50,764 nucleotides of DNA from a virus. Its lineage: Duplodnaviria > Caudoviricetes. Positions 46,201 to 50,764 of the stretch are shown in pieces. Under the pieces are notes generated by a model. That model had not been told where the DNA came from. It was given only the letters and a program-made list of their open reading frames with translations, and ran no database searches. The DNA lies in IMG/VR virus record IMGVR_UViG_3300049737_000544, positions 1-50,764 of that record. One strand, given 5' to 3'. Numbering within the stretch: position 1 is the stretch's first letter; every line of letters begins with the position of its first letter. The position numbers and the translations under genes were made by a program.

Positions 46201-47423
46201 CTTAGAGTTCCTAAAACAGTAATGTTTGCTGATTGAGTTTCTTGGTTTCCATCATAAGCCAATAACTCTCCTACTACAGTAGAAGTTCCTGAAGGTAGGC
46301 TAATTTTAACTGCAGCTACAACCTGCATCGTTATATAAACCCCACCTGAAGAGTTATTATAACCAGAAAAATAAGTTACTCCGCCAACCTTTATATAAAT
46401 ATAAGAACCGCCAAAAGCCACATACGCACCATTAAAAGTTAAAAAAACAACAACATTACCTGCTACAGGCATAGTTATTGAAGTGCTTACAGTAGCAACT
46501 CCAGAAGCATTTGCACCAGCATTTGCAGAACTTGGTATTGTTACTGCTTCACCTGCAATTTGCAGAGTATCAACAGCAGCGGTACCTATCTTTGCTTGAG
46601 TTATAGCGGCACTACCAATCTTTGCAGAGGTTACAGCTGCAGAACCAATTTTAGCCGTGTTTATACTTCCATCAATAATTTTTACAGTATCAATACTTGC
46701 ATTAGCAATCTTTGAGTTAGTAATTTGTGCGTTTGCAATTTTTGCACTGGTAATTGCTGCATCAGCAATCTTTGCACTATCTATCGCTGCATTAGCAATT
46801 TTTGCATTTACAATAGCAGCATCAGCAATACTGTCAGTATCAATTAAAGTAGTTTGAGCATTTAATCCTGTAGTGCTATGCACTGGACCAGCAACATCAT
46901 TTTGATTTACATGACGAATCCAATAATATTTATTTACACCAGTACCAACTCCATGACTAAAAACAGTTGCAGTTGTTTGACCAAGGAATTTTGGTGACAA
47001 TCTTCCTTTTGAAACTTCTGCGGAAGCAAAACTATTTGTATCAGCAACAAAAATTTCTGTATGAGAGTGACCTGCATAATTAGGATAATCCCAATCTATA
47101 ATAATATTTTTAAAAGCACCATCTATAGATGCTCCTGTTGGAGCAGTTGGAAAATCTATTCCCTTATCTATTATTGGTAAAAGATCAAAGCTTTTCCCGC
47201 CTGTTGATTTAATAACATTTTTTTCTACTAAACCTATACTTTCTAAATCTCCAAAGGTTACAGCACTATCTAATTTATCTCCTTTTTCGCCTGTAAGTTG
47301 TTGCAAAGAGTCATTTACTGATTGAGCAAATCTTTTACCTTCTGGACCAAACTCACTAGGAACAGGGAAAGAACCTTTTGCTCCTTTTCTTTTTCTGTTA
47401 TTTTTTAAATAATCTTCAGGCAT
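46197..47423 (-). CDS. tail fibre/spike with 10-aa A-x-I-x-x-A-K-I repeats
   Basis: Fn3-like region (HTEIF..YYWIRHVN) plus AAITSAKI repeats. Confidence 0.75.
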   Translation of the reverse strand: MPEDYLKNNRKRKGAKGSFPVPSEFGPEGKRFAQSVNDSLQQLTGEKGDKLDSAVTFGDLESIGLVEKNVIKSTGGKSFDLLPIIDKGIDFPTAPTGASIDGAFKNIIIDWDYPNYAGHSHTEIFVADTNSFASAEVSKGRLSPKFLGQTTATVFSHGVGTGVNKYYWIRHVNQNDVAGPVHSTTGLNAQTTLIDTDSIADAAIVNAKIANAAIDSAKIADAAITSAKIANAQITNSKIANASIDTVKIIDGSINTAKIGSAAVTSAKIGSAAITQAKIGTAAVDTLQIAGEAVTIPSSANAGANASGVATVSTSITMPVAGNVVVFLTFNGAYVAFGGSYIYIKVGGVTYFSGYNNSSGGVYITMQVVAAVKISLPSGTSTVVGELLAYDGNQETQSANITVLGTLR

Positions 47424-49096
47424 TAATTTATTTCCTGTGGACTTTCATAAACACAAACTTCATTAATGGTATCTGTGCCTTCAAGCTGTATCTCAACCGA
47501 CTTACATCTGTAACCACTTGGCAGTCTAAAGAAATTTCCATTAGCAACTGTTTGTGTGTGTTTTAAAACTCCATCAGCAAATAATTTAAAAGTTAAAGAA
47601 CTATAAGACTCTGCATTTACTTTCCCAACAGAAGGGCAAACATCAACATTACTGTAAAACTCTTTTGATTTCCATAAATAGGTTCTTGATGAAGTTCCTT
47701 GAGCAAAAGCTTTTAAGTCACCATTAATTACTAAGTATAAAATGTCATTTAACCTGTCGTTATAACCAGCAGTAGCATAAAAATCTAAATTTACAAAAGC
47801 GTTTTTCCCTCCTCTTGGGTCAAACAAAAAACCTTTTTTAGTTGAGTTATCACTGCCATCAAAAGTAAAAGCAATATATTTGCCTTCATATTCATAAGCT
47901 TCAATATTTGAAGGATAATAATCTTGCCATTGATCTCTTGTAAATATTTGATCTGTAATTACTTGCACACCTGTACCTGAAACAGAAACCAAACCATCTG
48001 GAGAACTGTAAATTGCATATTCCCCCATATCTACTAAAGACCTTTTATTTGCATTAGGTAAATTAGCATCAATTTCTACCATTCCCATTGCACTTGGGTC
48101 TGTTCCAGAAACTAATAAAGGCTTTCCTTTTGTAGTAACTAAGAGTCCCTGTGCAATAGATGTTATTGCAACAACATCATCTTTCGTTGTTAGTTGATTT
48201 CCTTCAGGATAAGAATGTGGCAAATAAGGTTCGCTAAATAATAAAGTCTTACCTGCAAATCCAGCGGTTATGCCATTAGGCATAGCTGTTATTCCCAACA
48301 TAGGTCCATCTGGATGTGTTGATGTATCATCATCTGGAGGTGCTAAATTGTCGCTTGATTCAAACTCCTCTCCTAAAAGACTATCAACTACAGCTTCAGT
48401 AAAACTACCTGAAGAAGTACCAGCTATATCAGTTACAAATCTGAACAAACCATTTACATCTGTTCTATATAATCTTCTTTTTGAAATACTATATGTTCCA
48501 GAAGAAGCTGCTGGAATATTTAAAGTAACAGTTGCTCCATCAGCCGCATCAACAATTTCTGAAGAAGTTACAGGAGAGGGAGGTCCTTCTTCTCCAAAAG
48601 TTGTTATTTCTGTGTAGATATAAGCCCTTGAGGTGACACCTGCATCTGGAACAGCAGAATTATTTACAGATATTGAACTTATAGCTGCTGGAGTAGGCAG
48701 ACCCAATCTGAAAGATGCTGCTGGGTAAGGACCAGAACCGCTAATTAAATTAGCTTGTCCTCCATACTTGGGGAAACCTCCATTGCCTGTAAAATAAATT
48801 CTGTTATGCAAGTCTTGTTTAATAGGGCTTCTAATAATATCTACATCTTCTGTAAATGTGAGCCATTCATTTGTAGTTGCTTGAAATATTGTTTTTGTAC
48901 TTGTAGATATATGTGAGGCTGGATGAGAGTCAGGGTCAGCTGCCTCCGAAGGATGATCTGTATCAGTTTTTATGCCTTCTATTCGACCTGAGTCTAGAAA
49001 AACATTTTGTGCATTTTGTGCAATATCTTCAGCTAACAATCTAGGTGAGATTTTTTTGCTTAAACCGCTGAATATTTGTATTTTAAAACCAGCCAT
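47423..49096 (-). CDS. tail nozzle/stabilisation protein
   Basis: FSG...ISPRLL..AQ.AQN; GEEGPPSP; FSEPYLPH; WKSKEF. Confidence 0.7.
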   Translation of the reverse strand: MAGFKIQIFSGLSKKISPRLLAEDIAQNAQNVFLDSGRIEGIKTDTDHPSEAADPDSHPASHISTSTKTIFQATTNEWLTFTEDVDIIRSPIKQDLHNRIYFTGNGGFPKYGGQANLISGSGPYPAASFRLGLPTPAAISSISVNNSAVPDAGVTSRAYIYTEITTFGEEGPPSPVTSSEIVDAADGATVTLNIPAASSGTYSISKRRLYRTDVNGLFRFVTDIAGTSSGSFTEAVVDSLLGEEFESSDNLAPPDDDTSTHPDGPMLGITAMPNGITAGFAGKTLLFSEPYLPHSYPEGNQLTTKDDVVAITSIAQGLLVTTKGKPLLVSGTDPSAMGMVEIDANLPNANKRSLVDMGEYAIYSSPDGLVSVSGTGVQVITDQIFTRDQWQDYYPSNIEAYEYEGKYIAFTFDGSDNSTKKGFLFDPRGGKNAFVNLDFYATAGYNDRLNDILYLVINGDLKAFAQGTSSRTYLWKSKEFYSNVDVCPSVGKVNAESYSSLTFKLFADGVLKHTQTVANGNFFRLPSGYRCKSVEIQLEGTDTINEVCVYESPQEIN

Positions 49097-49100
49097 ATTA

Positions 49101-49505
49101 TCAAGAATTATTTTGTTTTAAATTATTTCTAGCTACTCCTTTTACTTTTTCATAAGTACGCATTGAGCCAAGACCTAAAAGAGAAAGAGTTAAGGTCATA
49201 AGACCTTCTGTAGAAATTTCAGGAGGTGTAATTTCTGCTCCAAAAACAACTACAAACCAATTTAACAAAGGAGCTAATAAAAAACTCCAGAACAAACCTA
49301 ATGCTGCTATCCATAATAAAGCAGGTCTTGCTCCTGCAACAAAAATTGAAGAGTGTTTTGCTTGTTCTAAATTAATTTGATTTTGTTGTTTAGAGAGCTC
49401 AAACATTTGAGTTTTTATAGCGTGTTCCAATTCCATTTTTTTTGTTCTATCTGGAACAAGTTTGTCCACTATTTCACTTATGGGTGATAAAAATTTATCT
49501 ATCAT
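49101..49505 (-). CDS. 3TM holin-like protein
   Basis: QINLEQAKH.SIFVAGARP..W; LLGLGSMRTYEK.KGV. Confidence 0.8.
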   Translation of the reverse strand: MIDKFLSPISEIVDKLVPDRTKKMELEHAIKTQMFELSKQQNQINLEQAKHSSIFVAGARPALLWIAALGLFWSFLLAPLLNWFVVVFGAEITPPEISTEGLMTLTLSLLGLGSMRTYEKVKGVARNNLKQNNS

Positions 49506-49513
49506 TTTTTCCT

Positions 49514-49690
49514 CTATTTGAGATTTATTATTGCTACCAGCACCCCTACTAATAATACGTTGGTATTTAATAAAAGCACCCCTAGCAGAGTATGATACCA
49601 GACCCAGCGATGCTTATATAGATTATGAATATTGAGTTTTAAATCCTCGTCTGTATATTCATCTATTGAATTTTTATTTTTTTTTGTCAT
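49514..49690 (-). CDS. small membrane protein (58 aa)
   Basis: manual translation ...LYKHRWVWYHTLLGVLLLNTNVLLVGVLVAIINLK. Confidence 0.6.
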   Translation of the reverse strand: MTKKNKNSIDEYTDEDLKLNIHNLYKHRWVWYHTLLGVLLLNTNVLLVGVLVAIINLK

Positions 49691-49691
49691 T

Positions 49692-50282
49692 TTATGTCCA
49701 TTGTTTGCCTTCTCGCCAACCTACTAGAGCATGACGTTGTCCCTCAGTAATTTCTGTAACTCTATGTTGTAAGAAAGAAGGGAACACTATTACTGTACCT
49801 TTCTGCCTTAGTTTTTCTTTCAGTTCTGGCGTAGAAGGTATATCTAAAAATTCTAAATCTCCGCCAGTATACGCATCTGAGTCAGATAATTGTATAGAAA
49901 AACTAAGTTTTCTTTCATACATACCCTGCTTAACTTCTCCTAAAAAAGAGTCTTGATGCCAGTTATAAAAACTACCTTTATTATATTCTGTGTGTTGGAT
50001 ATATCTACATATTCCTGATAGATCAAAACCAAACCAATCCATATTAGCTTTGTTTACATAATTGTCTGCTAAATCTTTAGCCTCTTTATATAAATTTGGC
50101 ATAGAGTCATTTAACCAACGTAGTTGTGTAACTCTATATTTATCATCTTCTTTTGCATTTTCTTCAAAACCTATTTCTGCTTTTTCAATGGGTACATTTT
50201 CTAAAACATGAAGATGCAAGTTATCTAAATATTTTAATAATTCTTCATTTGGATTTTCAAAAATTGCTATTCTTCCAAGCAT
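49692..50282 (-). CDS. 2OG-Fe(II) oxygenase, second allele
   Basis: 10 aa differences from 86-676 by manual count. Confidence 0.9.
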   Translation of the reverse strand: MLGRIAIFENPNEELLKYLDNLHLHVLENVPIEKAEIGFEENAKEDDKYRVTQLRWLNDSMPNLYKEAKDLADNYVNKANMDWFGFDLSGICRYIQHTEYNKGSFYNWHQDSFLGEVKQGMYERKLSFSIQLSDSDAYTGGDLEFLDIPSTPELKEKLRQKGTVIVFPSFLQHRVTEITEGQRHALVGWREGKQWT

Positions 50283-50385
50283 TTTGTTTCTCCACTATGA
50301 AATTTTTTTTTGTAATATTCTCTATATTTTTTTTCTAATTTAATTTTTTTATTAAAATTTTTATTAGCTTTTTTTAATTCTGCTC

Positions 50386-50764
50386 TCATTTTATTTTAGT
50401 AAGTTTATCTATCATCTTTTTATGTTTTTGATATTTATTAACTACAACTCTTGTACCATAAGGGTACAAAGTACTTGCAAGAGTTTTGTTCCATTCGGTA
50501 GCTGATATATGGTTGTAATGTATTTTATATTTTGTTTTGCCTTGTAGCGGTATTAATACTGCAGGAGACTCACCATAATTAAAAGTTAATTCTTGTGACT
50601 TAGCTTCAGTAAAAAATTGAATGTGCATTTGATGAGCATAATAAAATTCAAGTACTCCGTTTAAAACTTGTATATTTTTTTTTGACTGCCAATAATTATT
50701 TGTTAATAAAAACTTATGATCTTTAGGTCCTTCAATATACCAAGGGTAAGATAATTTTAATTGT
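50386..50764 (-). CDS. 3' part of second copy of the 780-1586 gene (5'-truncated by window edge)
   Basis: near-identical C-terminal translation. Confidence 0.8.
   Translation of the reverse strand, partial: QLKLSYPWYIEGPKDHKFLLTNNYWQSKKNIQVLNGVLEFYYAHQMHIQFFTEAKSQELTFNYGESPAVLIPLQGKTKYKIHYNHISATEWNKTLASTLYPYGTRVVVNKYQKHKKMIDKLTKIK

Larger units (their letters stand above)
49687..50764. repeat. Right copy of diverged terminal direct repeat
   Basis: matches 81-1158. Confidence 0.95.

Noticed and set aside
49530-49615. AGCACCCCTA repeated twice as a regulatory RNA
   Set aside because: Explained by repeated (L/V)GVL codons of the 58-aa membrane ORF
1-50764. Minus-strand hammerheads, tRNA genes, DNA/RNA polymerase genes
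   Set aside because: None recognised by eye; the TCNTCAG hits checked lacked stem II/GAAA context. A covariance-model scan is still needed.

Overview
Near-complete (unit length ~49.6 kb), AT-rich tailed phage genome of podovirus type, probably marine; the host cannot be determined from the sequence. Minus strand: packaging and virion module (TerS, TerL, portal, scaffold, capsid, adaptors, tail fibres, ejection proteins including a 2479-aa polyvalent protein), lysis genes, DnaB/initiator and a block of small basic proteins. Plus strand: an early operon (ArdC-like), recombination genes (ERF, YqaJ exonuclease, SSB-like), a tyrosine recombinase and a two-gene insert. Main discovery: the early operon is punctuated by three intact type I hammerhead ribozymes (19070-19123, 20209-20276, 20813-20883), each at a stop codon, plus a decayed fourth core inside a CDS. 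Two further unexplained structured-RNA candidates are a c4/CI-like switch (31974-32090) and a hairpin whose loop is antisense to early-gene start sites (34005-34081). The two ends carry a ~1.08 kb repeat whose copies are diverged and lead into different genes. Protein calls rest on motif recognition by eye, not database searches.
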